Positions 1 through 8,997 of a DNA stretch of 64,000 nt are shown here, one piece after another. Each line of letters opens with the position of its first letter. Position 1 is the first letter of the stretch. The DNA is from an uncultured Verrucomicrobiae bacterium. Its GTDB lineage: Bacteria > Verrucomicrobiota > Verrucomicrobiia > Chthoniobacterales > Chthoniobacteraceae. Both the position numbers and the translations under genes were made by a program. Under the pieces are notes generated by a model, which was given only the letters and a program-made list of their open reading frames with translations, had not been told where the DNA came from and made no database searches. The stretch is taken from contig CAVYKI010000012.1 of assembly GCA_963769025.1 (NCBI GenBank), forward strand, positions 537,151 through 601,150, written 5' to 3'.

Positions 1-656
1 TGTTCAACTTTGCCAAAGCAGCGGGCTATCTTCCCAAAGGCGTTGCAACCGAGGCCGATGGACTCACGACACCCAAGGTGCAAGGCGCGGAGATCATCGC
101 CATCTTCACCCCGGAGGAAATGCAGAAGCTTTTGACCGGCAGCAAGGCGCACACCGCCACCGACGAGCACAGGCTATGGCTCGCACTCGGAGGCTTTGCG
201 GGACTCCGCACGGCTGAACTGCTACGGCTTGAGTGGGGAAAGCATGTGCAGATCGAGCGCGGCCTGATTCAAGTTTCCGGTGACATCGCGAAGACGAACG
301 GCAGGCGCATCATCACCATGCAACCAAACTTGATGGCATGGCTGGCACGTTTTGCAGGATGCACCGGCAAGGTGTTCACGCATCGAGCCGATGAACGATG
401 TCACCAATACGCAAAACGGATGGGAGTGGAATGGAAGGCGAACGGCTTGCGCCATTCCTTCATCAGCTACCAGTGCGCGACCGTGAAAAACCTGCCAGCC
501 GTAGCGATGGAGGCCGGAAACAGCGTCGCGGTGATCAACAAGCATTACCGTGAATTGACGACTGAGGCCGAGGGCAAGGCTTGGTTTGACATCGTGCCGC
601 ACGTGCACTTGGTCGCGAAAGGCTCTAGGCGAATTCGATTCCCGCGAAACAAATGA
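1..656 (+). CDS. Tyrosine recombinase/integrase, C-terminal part (5' end outside window)
   Basis: Motifs GLRTAEL, LRHSFISY and AGNS...KHY; the frame stays open back to the window start. Confidence 0.9.
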   Translation, partial: FNFAKAAGYLPKGVATEADGLTTPKVQGAEIIAIFTPEEMQKLLTGSKAHTATDEHRLWLALGGFAGLRTAELLRLEWGKHVQIERGLIQVSGDIAKTNGRRIITMQPNLMAWLARFAGCTGKVFTHRADERCHQYAKRMGVEWKANGLRHSFISYQCATVKNLPAVAMEAGNSVAVINKHYRELTTEAEGKAWFDIVPHVHLVAKGSRRIRFPRNK

Positions 657-873
657 CAGTAGGAAAATGATGACGGCAGCTAAAGGGGATTCAAAAACCA
701 TATGGGCGATGCACTGCAAGAGCGTGAGATGGCGCTACGCTTCGAGAACGGGATTGCGTGAGCCGAGTGCAGGGGGGGGTGGTGCAAGCATCGGTTTGTT
801 GCGTGAGCGCAAACGCCTGCGTCCGCGAAGCGGGGCCGTCAATTTGTGCCGGGCGCCATTGCGGCATCGCCGG

Positions 874-1989
874 TCAGAACCTCCGCGAGATGCTCGCCGC
901 GATGAAGAAATCCGCGAATGCCGCATCACCCGTGTGACTCACTCCCGTGAACCCGGAGATGCGTTTGTCCTCATTGCTCTGGATGCGGTTCCGGTAGAGC
1001 GCGACGGGCGCGGTCAGCGAGACAGTCCATCCGTTTTTCATCCACGTGATGCCGGGCTCGATGGAAATGGCGTAGCCGGGCCGCCGGAAGCCGTTACTCT
1101 CACCGAGTGCGTCTGTCGCGGGCACGCCATCAATGCGCGGGCCGAGGCTGATCGAGAGACCCCAAGACTGCACGGGTGTCCAAGCCACGCCGAGGCGCGC
1201 GTTGTATTGATCCGCGATGGAAGTGACCGACACGATGCCCGCCGGCCCTCCCGTTACCGCCACCCCGTTTGTGTCCTTTGGATTGAACAGGTAAAATCCC
1301 TGCAGGTATCCCTGCCACTGCGGCGAGAGTTCGCGGAACGCCAGAACCTCCGCTGCAAAACCGAACCCGCCGTCGCCTGGCTGGATGGACGGATCCACCG
1401 CGCGGACTTGCGGGCCGGTCACCGTATAAAAGGTGTCCTTCGCATTGTAATCGCCCGTGGGAAACTTCGGCCCGAGTCCGAGCGAGATGTTTCCTTTCGT
1501 ATTCTTTTGAGGGTCCAGAAGCCAGTAATACGCTGTGAGCCGCATGTCCCCGAGCCCGCTGGCCGACGTCTCGTGGCGCGTGCGATTGTCATGCTCGTAG
1601 GTCGTGGAGCGGGTCGAGTAGGAAAAGGGCAGCGTGAGTCCGATGCTGAGGCGTGGGGTCGCGGTGTACAGCACGGAGAGGTCGATGAATTGCTGGTCGT
1701 TGATGGGCTGCGCATCGAGCTGCGATGGAAGTGTGAATTCGCTGTCCTCCACGAAAAGGCGCTCGGAATGAATCCACCGGTAGTTCACCGACACCAGCCA
1801 GTCGCCAGCCTTTGGATAACCGCCTTCGTTGCCCGTCAGAAAACTCCCTCCCAAGGAACATTGCCCGCCTCCACGCACAGCGATGCAGCCTTGGCCGAAC
1901 GTGGCTGGCGTGCAAGCGAGCATGCCTCCGAGAACAAGGAGGAGTGCGGACCATCCGGGCATCCTGGGGACCGAGGAGTGGTTATTCAT
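874..1989 (-). CDS. Outer-membrane beta-barrel 'transporter' family protein (MetA-pathway/phenol degradation-like)
   Basis: Signal peptide followed by QGC, a GLGD motif, KFPTG, amphipathic strands and a C-terminal Phe. Confidence 0.7.
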   Translation of the reverse strand: MNNHSSVPRMPGWSALLLVLGGMLACTPATFGQGCIAVRGGGQCSLGGSFLTGNEGGYPKAGDWLVSVNYRWIHSERLFVEDSEFTLPSQLDAQPINDQQFIDLSVLYTATPRLSIGLTLPFSYSTRSTTYEHDNRTRHETSASGLGDMRLTAYYWLLDPQKNTKGNISLGLGPKFPTGDYNAKDTFYTVTGPQVRAVDPSIQPGDGGFGFAAEVLAFRELSPQWQGYLQGFYLFNPKDTNGVAVTGGPAGIVSVTSIADQYNARLGVAWTPVQSWGLSISLGPRIDGVPATDALGESNGFRRPGYAISIEPGITWMKNGWTVSLTAPVALYRNRIQSNEDKRISGFTGVSHTGDAAFADFFIAASISRRF

Positions 1990-2131
1990 CCGTCGCGAGC
2001 GGTGTGGCAAGGCCGCCCGTGACGCCCGCGAAGGAAGCGCCGGTGATAGGGTCTTCGTGATTTTCATTTTGTGTGCTCTGATGTTGTTGGTCTTCGTTGT
2101 GTGGAACGACGCGAGTTGCGGCGCTCGGGCT

Positions 2132-2161
2132 ATCAGAGCAGGCAATGAGGGCAATTATTCC
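2132..2161 (-). promoter_or_regulatory. ECF-type promoter motif, copy 1
   Basis: GGAATAAT-N15-CTCTGAT on the minus strand, upstream of the beta-barrel gene. Confidence 0.8.
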
Positions 2162-2240
2162 ACGGCAATGCTCAGCGCCCCGTGGTGGGTGCGCTTACGA
2201 CGTCACGCAGTGGTCGGATAGCGGTGAGATCTAAGGCTGG

Positions 2241-3017
2241 TTATTTCTCCGTTTGAGCTGCTTGGTTTCTTCCGGGCTGCAGCCCGGAAGCTGTGAGCTG
2301 GTTTCGGACGAGACAGGCTGTGGCTCGCAAGAGCGACGGGCAGTAATGTTCTACCCGGAGCAAAGAGGGCAGGTCGTCCACGTCCTCCATCCGCGCGAAA
2401 GTATGAACGCTCATGCCGTGCGAGCGGATGTTGCGCTGCGTCTGTTCGAAGACCGCCGGTGTGCTCCACGCGATGTCGTCGAAGACAAACGCGTGTGAGC
2501 CGCTAAGGCCGATGAGCACGTAACCGCCATCGGTTGCTGGGATGAGGACGAAACTGAAGGAGTGCAACGCGGCAGCCGCATCGCGAAGGCGTTCGGTCGT
2601 GAGTTGTGGGCAGTCGCCGCCTGCAAAGAGAATCTCCCTCGCGCCGCGAGTGATTGTGTCCGCCAAAGTCGCGCGTAGGCGTGCGCCGAGGTCGCCTTCG
2701 GCTTGGGGATGAAACGTCGTTTGATCCGGCAGCAGCGGACCTAGCCAGTCGTGCATTTCCGCTCCAGACTCGGCTGGTGTGAAGTGAACCTCCACGCGCC
2801 AATCGCAAGGGACTTCCGCTGCTTGATGCTCGACGAGGCGGCGATAGACCTGCACAGCGGCGTCGTTGCCGATGCTCGCGGCGAGGCGGGTTTTCACTGC
2901 GCCGGGACGAGGCGCTTTCAGCATCAGGCAGAGTGTCGGGGGCATGTGCAGGAGTTCTGGTTTCAAGGCGAGATCAAGCAGGTTGCGCATCATCAAGTCG
3001 ATTGGCGGGGCGTTCAT
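2241..3017 (-). CDS. TIGR04282/DUF2064 (CofC-like) glycosyltransferase associated with arsenosugar/rSAM clusters
   Basis: KAPRPGAVKTRL, QAEGDLGARL, GGDCPQL, PATDGGYVLIG, IAWST and DVDD motifs. Confidence 0.9.
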   Translation of the reverse strand: MNAPPIDLMMRNLLDLALKPELLHMPPTLCLMLKAPRPGAVKTRLAASIGNDAAVQVYRRLVEHQAAEVPCDWRVEVHFTPAESGAEMHDWLGPLLPDQTTFHPQAEGDLGARLRATLADTITRGAREILFAGGDCPQLTTERLRDAAAALHSFSFVLIPATDGGYVLIGLSGSHAFVFDDIAWSTPAVFEQTQRNIRSHGMSVHTFARMEDVDDLPSLLRVEHYCPSLLRATACLVRNQLTASGLQPGRNQAAQTEK

Positions 3018-4327
3018 GTGCCGGGTTCAGGGATGGCTATGGTGCGCGTGGCGCATAATTCGGATCGCCCACGAGGGTGACGGTAGAGGCGCCTCGAGAG
3101 GAAGCCCGCGACGAAGGGCAGCCAGATGAGCGCGCGCTCCCACCAGGACAGCGTCCAGACTTCGCCGATGCTGATGCGGTGGCACATGATGAAGTAAAGC
3201 GTGCCGGTAATGTTCAGCGCGATGGTGCCGCGATTGCGCGTGAGCGCGGCGAAAGGCAGCAGCCAGGTGAAATACCAAGCGTGCATCATGGGCGAGAGCA
3301 GGAAAGCGGAGAACAGAAACCACTCGGCGGCATTGGCGAAGCGGCGGCAGCGGAAGATCGCGACGACCCACGCGGCGAGCAGCGGGGGAACGAAGAGGGT
3401 GTTGATCCACTCCTTGCCGGTCACCGCATCGAGCACCGCGGGGATAAGTTCCGCGCTCCGGGCGTAACGTGCGAATTCCATCGGTGCGAGGCTTGTCGTC
3501 CACTCGCCGCTCCACGAGCAGACCATGGCCCAAGAGAGCGCGAAGGGCAGTGCGCCCGCAGCCATGAGGAGCGAGGAGCGCCGGAAGCCTGCGGTTGTCG
3601 ATGTCTGCCACGCCATCCACGCGACGAGCGGCAGGGCCAGCCACTTGAAGGACACGGCGGTGCCTGCGAGCGCGACGGCGAGGAATGCGCGGCGTGGATT
3701 TGCCTCCCAAACGAGCCATGAGCCGACCAGCGCGAGGACGAACAGGCTGTCGTAATGGCCGCCGCCGGCGAAGCAGTAGAGCACGAGCGGATTCCACGCA
3801 TACACCAGCGCGCGCCTGGTGCCGAAGCGTCGCGCAAGCAGTCCGCAAACGGCGAGGTCAGCAATGGCGAAGACCGCTTTCATGCCCGTGACACCCGCGC
3901 CGATCCGCGTGAGGACGGCGAAGGTCATTTCCGACAGCGGCGGATAAATCGCCGTGCAATGCGGATGGCCGATCTTCACCCAAGTCGCATCGTGCAGCAG
4001 GCTCAGTTCGGGCGCGCTTGGCGGATACACGTAAGGATTGATGCCGCCGCTGAGCGCGTGCCCTTCCCACAGATAGCGGAAAATGTCGTCGCCCGGCTCC
4101 ATCGCGAGCAGCGCAAGCCGCAGGCCCGCCCCGACGATCCAAAACATCGCGACAGAAAATTTGCCAACGCGCAGCGCAGCGAGATAGCCGAGGCTCATCG
4201 TGGCCAAGCCGGTGAGAAACGGCGGCACTTCTCCGAAGTGGAGCAAATCGCCATGCGGCAGAATCCACGCCGCTCCCGTGAGCAGCAGCGCGAGCGCCGC
4301 GACTTGCCAGACCCGCACCGCGTTCAT
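3014..4327 (-). CDS. GT-C fold membrane glycosyltransferase (GT87/DUF2029-like)
   Basis: DDIFRYLWEG, GINPY, YPPL and YAWNPL...GHYD motifs; many hydrophobic segments. Confidence 0.8.
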   Translation of the reverse strand: MNAVRVWQVAALALLLTGAAWILPHGDLLHFGEVPPFLTGLATMSLGYLAALRVGKFSVAMFWIVGAGLRLALLAMEPGDDIFRYLWEGHALSGGINPYVYPPSAPELSLLHDATWVKIGHPHCTAIYPPLSEMTFAVLTRIGAGVTGMKAVFAIADLAVCGLLARRFGTRRALVYAWNPLVLYCFAGGGHYDSLFVLALVGSWLVWEANPRRAFLAVALAGTAVSFKWLALPLVAWMAWQTSTTAGFRRSSLLMAAGALPFALSWAMVCSWSGEWTTSLAPMEFARYARSAELIPAVLDAVTGKEWINTLFVPPLLAAWVVAIFRCRRFANAAEWFLFSAFLLSPMMHAWYFTWLLPFAALTRNRGTIALNITGTLYFIMCHRISIGEVWTLSWWERALIWLPFVAGFLSRRLYRHPRGRSELCATRTIAIPEPGT

Positions 4328-5083
4328 GCGCCGCGCTGTCCTCCGTGCCAGAGCCGGCGCAGCCAAAGCCGCACGATGGTCGAGAGGATCACGCTGCCCG
4401 CGCGCAGCGTGCCCATGATGGCGCCGGAGATTTTCGAGCGGTCCGCCCTGCCGCCGCCGGTAGCGCACGGGCACTTCGACGATGCGCAGTTTTTCCTCCA
4501 CGGCGCGCACCTGCATTTCGACGGTCCAGCCAAAGCCACGGTCGCGCATGGCGATGCGGTCGAGCGCGTCGCGGCGGATGAGGCGGAGCGGACCGAGGTC
4601 GGGGTAGCGGTGGCCCCAGCCGAGTTCGATGAGCGCGACGGCGAGCGCGTTGCCGAAATTTTGTTGCGGAGTCATCGCGGCACGATTCGCCGGCAGACCG
4701 CGGCGGTTGCCGAGCACGAGTTCCGCACCGAGCGCCCCGGGCAAAAAGCCACTGCAATTCGCCCAAGTCATCGCTCCCATCCGCGTCGCAAAAGAGCACC
4801 CATTCCACATCGTCGTCGAAGTCGATCATCCCGCGCCAGCAGGCGGCGCCGTAGCCGCGCCGCGGTTCGCTCAACACATCCGCGCCGTGCTGCACGGCGA
4901 CTTGCGCGGTGCGGTCGCGGCTGCCGTTGTCCACCACGCGGATGCGCTCCAGGCCCAGATGCCGCAAGTCCGTGAGCACGCGCGGCAGTGCGGCTTCCTC
5001 ATTGAGCGCGGGGATGATGCGCACGTCCGGGCGACGATTTGATCGGCGCGGGCTTCGGGTTTGGAATGGACGACGGACAGCAT
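4324..5083 (-). CDS. GT2 family glycosyltransferase (polyprenol-phosphate sugar synthase-like), frameshifted
   Basis: IIPALNEE, VVDNGSRDRT, GYGAAC, DADGSD and GWTVEMQ motifs spread over several frames. Confidence 0.85.
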
Positions 5084-5087
5084 GACG

Positions 5088-5117
5088 ATGCGAGCGGAAG
5101 TGCAGCTTGATTATTCC
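5088..5117 (-). promoter_or_regulatory. ECF-type promoter motif, copy 2
   Basis: GGAATAAT-N15-CTCGCAT, 4 nt before the ATG at 5083. Confidence 0.8.
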
Positions 5118-5192
5118 ATCGCCGGACAAGGGGCGCGGAATAAAGCAGCTGCACCCGGCGTCGTGAGTCCGAGTCCGTTGTGGGAAATGCGG

Positions 5193-5222
5193 AGAATAAA
5201 ACGGCGTCCGTGCCGCTCTGAT
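5193..5222 (+). promoter_or_regulatory. ECF-type promoter motif, copy 3
   Basis: AGAATAAA-N15-CTCTGAT, 5 nt before the ATG at 5228. Confidence 0.75.
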
Positions 5223-5227
5223 GCTGC

Positions 5228-5979
5228 ATGAACCTCGATTCGATCTTCCGCCGATGCACTGCACTGGCTTTCGCTCTGCTCCTCACTTCGTGCGCCAACG
5301 CGGCCGATCTTCCCGTGGCCGGGAACGCTGTATCGAAGGAATACGCGGGGTTGCTCAAGACTTACGTCACAGCGGGTGGGGTGCGCTATGCGGCGTGGAA
5401 GCAGAACGCTGCGGACCTGGCCGCGCTTAAAAGCGTGGCGGATTTTTATGCCGGCACGCTGCCGCCGAAGGATCGCGACGCCTCGCTGGCCTGGCACCTC
5501 AACGCCTACAATTCGTGGATTCTGCACAACATCCTCGCGAAGTATCCGACCAAGGGGCCGCTCGTCGGGGAGCCGCTTTTTTTCACGGCAACCGGATCAC
5601 CATCTCCGGGCGCAAGATGAGCTTCAACGACTTGGAGCAAAAGGTCATCCGCCCGACGTTCAAGGAACCGCGCGTGCATTTCGCGCTGAACTGCGCGAGC
5701 GCGAGCTGCCCGCCGCTCGCCTCGCGACCGTTCGATGCAGCGACGCTGAACGACCAGCTCGACCAGCTCACACGCGCTTTCATGAACGTAAATCCGCGGG
5801 CCATTATAGGCAGTGGCGGAAGCATCGCGCTCTCGAAAATCTTCGACTGGTATAAGGACGACTTCGCCGCAGCGGGTGGCTCGGTGGCGTTCATCAACCG
5901 CTATCGCAAGGAACCGCTCCCGGCGGGTGCGAAGGTGAAGTTCATGGACTACGACTGGTCGCTGAACGAAACGAAGTGA
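5228..5979 (+). CDS. DUF547 domain exported protein/lipoprotein, frameshift near 5580
   Basis: LLKTYV..GGVRY, LNAYN, PRVHFALNCASASCPPL, SKIFDWY and YDWSLN motifs. Confidence 0.9.
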
Positions 5980-5996
5980 CGCCGGTTCGAGCAAAT

Positions 5997-6026
5997 GGAA
6001 TAAATCGCCGCGCCAGCCGCTCACTT
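5997..6026 (+). promoter_or_regulatory. ECF-type promoter motif, copy 4 (autoregulatory position)
   Basis: GGAATAAA-N15-CTCACTT, 10 nt before the sigma factor ATG. Confidence 0.8.
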
Positions 6027-6036
6027 CGGCACGCAC

Positions 6037-6582
6037 ATGGATTTCGAAGCCATCGTCAGCCTCTATTACGAGGACCTTTACCGGTTTGCGTTCAGCCTCG
6101 CGCGCAACCGCGACGAGGCGTGCGACCTGACGCAGCAGACCTACGCCGTGTATGCGGAGAAGGGCGGACAGGTGCGCGAGCAGGCGAAGGTCAAGAGCTG
6201 GCTCTTCACCACGCTTTACCGCGAGTTCCTGCGGCTCCGCGAACGCGGACGCCGCCTCGTGAGCATGGACGATGAGGAAACCAACGTGCCGGAGCAGATG
6301 GCCGCGTCGGACACCGAGCGGTCGGCGGAGCACGCCGGGCTGCTCGACATCCTCGCAAGCCTCGACCAGGGGCACCGCGAAATTCTGACACTCTTTTACC
6401 TCCAGCAGCACGCTTACAAGGACATCGCCGGAATTCTCGAAGCGCCCATCGGCACGGTGATGTCGCGCCTTTCCCGAGCCAAGGAAGCGCTCCGCAAGAA
6501 ACTCGACGCCGTCACCCAAGAAAAAGGAATAATTATCATCCCCATCGACTCGAATCAGAAACGCCCCGCGAAAAATGGATAA
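6037..6582 (+). CDS. ECF RNA polymerase sigma factor
   Basis: Region 2 ACDLTQQT...KSWLF and region 4 YKDIAGILEAPIGTVMSRLSRAK. Confidence 0.95.
   Translation: MDFEAIVSLYYEDLYRFAFSLARNRDEACDLTQQTYAVYAEKGGQVREQAKVKSWLFTTLYREFLRLRERGRRLVSMDDEETNVPEQMAASDTERSAEHAGLLDILASLDQGHREILTLFYLQQHAYKDIAGILEAPIGTVMSRLSRAKEALRKKLDAVTQEKGIIIIPIDSNQKRPAKNG
6526..6555 (+). promoter_or_regulatory. ECF-type promoter motif, copy 5, inside the 3' end of the sigma gene
   Basis: GGAATAAT-N15-CTCGAAT, 19 nt before the anti-sigma ATG. Confidence 0.65.
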
Positions 6583-7324
6583 CGACCGCGCCAAAATACT
6601 TCTCAGTGCCTACCGCTCCGACGGAGCGGATGCGAGCGACCCGGTTTTTGCCGAAGCGCTGGCGCAGGCGGAGCGCGACCCGGAGCTGACGCGCTGGTTT
6701 GCCGAGGAACGCGCGCTCGATGATCGGATGCACGCCGCGCTTCGTTCGGTCCGTCCGCCCGCGAATCTCAGGGACGCCCTGCTGCTCACGGCGAAGGTGA
6801 GCCGGATGCCTACGCCGCGCGCCTGGTGGACGCGCCCCGCGTGGCTCGCCATCGCCGCGGCCATCGTGCTTTTCGCCGGGCTGGCCTTTGTTGCGCTGCG
6901 CCCGCATTCCACGCCTTTCACGATCGCCGGAGTGACTTCGGAAATCGGGCGTCTGCACCGCGCGGAGCGCATCTCGCTCGGCGCGATGACCAGCGACCCG
7001 GAGCAAATTCAGCGCTGGCTGAAAGAGCACGGTGGCCCGCACGATTTCACCGCACCCACCGGGCTGACCAGCCAGATGCGCCTCGGCTGCCAGGTGCTCG
7101 ACATCAACGGCAACAAAGTCTCGCTCGTTTGCTTCCAGATCGAAGGCGGGCAGTTGGTGCATCTGCTCGTCATGGATCGCCGCCGCCTCGCCGACCCGCC
7201 GGTCATCGGGAAACCGATCATGCTCCAGGAAGGTGAACTGGCCTTTGCCACTTGGTCCGAGGGCGACCGCACCTACGTCCTGGCCAGCAAGATCGGAGCA
7301 GACGAGCTGCGCAAATTCCTGTGA
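6575..7324 (+). CDS. Putative transmembrane anti-sigma factor
   Basis: Overlaps the sigma gene; N-terminal cytoplasmic domain, one TM helix, and a periplasmic domain with GCQV...SLVCF. Confidence 0.8.
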   Translation: MDNDRAKILLSAYRSDGADASDPVFAEALAQAERDPELTRWFAEERALDDRMHAALRSVRPPANLRDALLLTAKVSRMPTPRAWWTRPAWLAIAAAIVLFAGLAFVALRPHSTPFTIAGVTSEIGRLHRAERISLGAMTSDPEQIQRWLKEHGGPHDFTAPTGLTSQMRLGCQVLDINGNKVSLVCFQIEGGQLVHLLVMDRRRLADPPVIGKPIMLQEGELAFATWSEGDRTYVLASKIGADELRKFL

Positions 7325-7374
7325 CGCCCGGCTGGCGGGAGCGAAGGCGCGCATTTCACTCCAAGTAGCGGGAC

Positions 7375-7404
7375 GGAATAAACCCCCGCGCCGTTTGCTC
7401 GGAT
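7375..7404 (+). promoter_or_regulatory. ECF-type promoter motif, copy 6
   Basis: GGAATAAA-N15-CTCGGAT, 5 nt before the ATG at 7410. Confidence 0.8.
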
Positions 7405-7409
7405 GACCG

Positions 7410-8948
7410 ATGCTCGCGGACTTCGCTGCCGCCGTCGGCACTTTTGCCGGCGGCCTCTATCTCATCGCCTCACTCCTGCTCGTGGCCTACGTGGCCAATG
7501 GCTACGTGCTGCTCGCGCGCTGTCTGTGGACGCGCGGGCGCTCGGAGCGCGAGCGGCGGAGGCTGTTCGCGGAAGGCGCGAAAATGCTGGTGCTTGGCCG
7601 TGGCGAAGGCACGGCGATTGTGACGCAGATTCCGCTCTACAACGAGGCGACCGTCGCCGGGCGCATCATCCGCGCGGCGGCGGCGATGGAGTGGCCGCAC
7701 GGACGGCACACGGTGCAGGTCCTCGACGATTCGACGGACGAAACACGCGGCATCGTGGATGCGGTGGCTGCGCAGTTGCGCGCGGAGGGCGCGGATGTCG
7801 TGGTGGTGCGCCGCGCGGATCGTGCGGGCTTCAAGGCCGGCGCGCTCGCCCACGGGATGACGCTGTGCGAGGCGGAGTTCATCGCAATTTTCGACAGCGA
7901 CTTCGTGCCGCCGCCGGACTTTCTGCTGCGTGCCGTGCCCGCGCTCGTCGCCGACCCGAAGCTCGGCTGGGCGCAGGGCCGCTGGACTCATCTCAACGCC
8001 GACGACAACGTGCTGACTCGCGCGCAAGCGGCGGGCATCGACGCGCACTTCATCATCGAGCAACAGGCGCGCGCCGCGGGCTGGTTCATGAATTTCAACG
8101 GCACCGGCGGAGTCTGGCGTCGCCGCGCGATCGAGGACGCCGGCGGCTGGAGCGACGCGACGCTGACCGAAGACCTCGACCTTTCCTACCGCGCGCAACT
8201 CCGCGGCTGGCGCGGCCTCTTTCTCCCGGAAGTCGCCGTGCCGGGCGAAGTGCCCGCCGACGCGGCGGCGTTCAAGTGCCAGCAATTCCGCTGGGCGAAA
8301 GGCTCGCTGCAAACGGCCCTGCGGCTGCTCCCCGCCGTGCTGCGCTCGGAGCGTCCGATCGTGAAGAAAATCCAGGCCGTCTTTCATCTCACGAATTACC
8401 TCATGCACCCGCTGCTCGTCCTGCTCGTGCTGATGACGCCGTGGATGGCGCTCGCCTCGCCCACGCGCGGTGCGCTTTTCGCGTCGAGCGGATGGGCGGT
8501 GTTCGTCGCCGCCACGGTGTCCGGCTTCACCTACCTCTGCGGTCAGGCGATGCTCGGTCATCCGTGGCGCGTCGCCTTTGCGCGGCTCAACAGCCTGCTC
8601 GCCGCCGGCACCGGACCAGCGCTCACGAACGTGCGCGCGGCAATCGAGGCTCTCGTCGGCCACCGCAGCGAATTCGTGCGCACGCCAAAACAAGGCGGCT
8701 TCAAAGCGCACCGCTACCGCGCCCGCGCCATCACGCCGCCGTGGCTCGATGCTGCGTTTGGAATTTACGCCATCGCGTCCGTCATCATCTGCATCGCGCA
8801 AGGCTGGCTGGCCGCCGTGCCGATGCTCATTTTCGCCGCCAGCGGCAGCCTGTGCATGGTGCTGAAAGGCGACGCCACTTCGCCCGAGCCTCGCGTGCAT
8901 TCGGAAGGGCGAACCGTTGCAGAAATGGATGCGGCCGTCGAAGTCTGA
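7410..8948 (+). CDS. Cellulose-synthase-like GT2 membrane glycosyltransferase
   Basis: QIPLYNE, VLDDSTD, GFKAGAL, FDSD, TEDLD and QQFRW (D,D,D,QxxRW signature). Confidence 0.9.
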   Translation: MLADFAAAVGTFAGGLYLIASLLLVAYVANGYVLLARCLWTRGRSERERRRLFAEGAKMLVLGRGEGTAIVTQIPLYNEATVAGRIIRAAAAMEWPHGRHTVQVLDDSTDETRGIVDAVAAQLRAEGADVVVVRRADRAGFKAGALAHGMTLCEAEFIAIFDSDFVPPPDFLLRAVPALVADPKLGWAQGRWTHLNADDNVLTRAQAAGIDAHFIIEQQARAAGWFMNFNGTGGVWRRRAIEDAGGWSDATLTEDLDLSYRAQLRGWRGLFLPEVAVPGEVPADAAAFKCQQFRWAKGSLQTALRLLPAVLRSERPIVKKIQAVFHLTNYLMHPLLVLLVLMTPWMALASPTRGALFASSGWAVFVAATVSGFTYLCGQAMLGHPWRVAFARLNSLLAAGTGPALTNVRAAIEALVGHRSEFVRTPKQGGFKAHRYRARAITPPWLDAAFGIYAIASVIICIAQGWLAAVPMLIFAASGSLCMVLKGDATSPEPRVHSEGRTVAEMDAAVEV

Positions 8949-8997
8949 GTTGTCCGATACTTTCTACTGCGAATATGACGACCAACACTGAAGCTCC

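Noticed and set aside
657..873. tRNA or att site downstream of the integrase
   Set aside because: No cloverleaf or duplicated core sequence recognised
586..2022. Long antisense or alternate-frame ORFs (also 13564-15228, 34604-36613 and 7403-9001)
   Set aside because: Shadow ORFs of GC-rich genes, with Arg/Ala-rich composition and no motifs
3014..4810. Apparent GT2-GT87 fusion in the ORF track (similarly MBL-YeeE 40860-42482 and YeeE-YeeE 42865-43962)
   Set aside because: Each part has its own start and overlapping stop, and the joins are explained by indels
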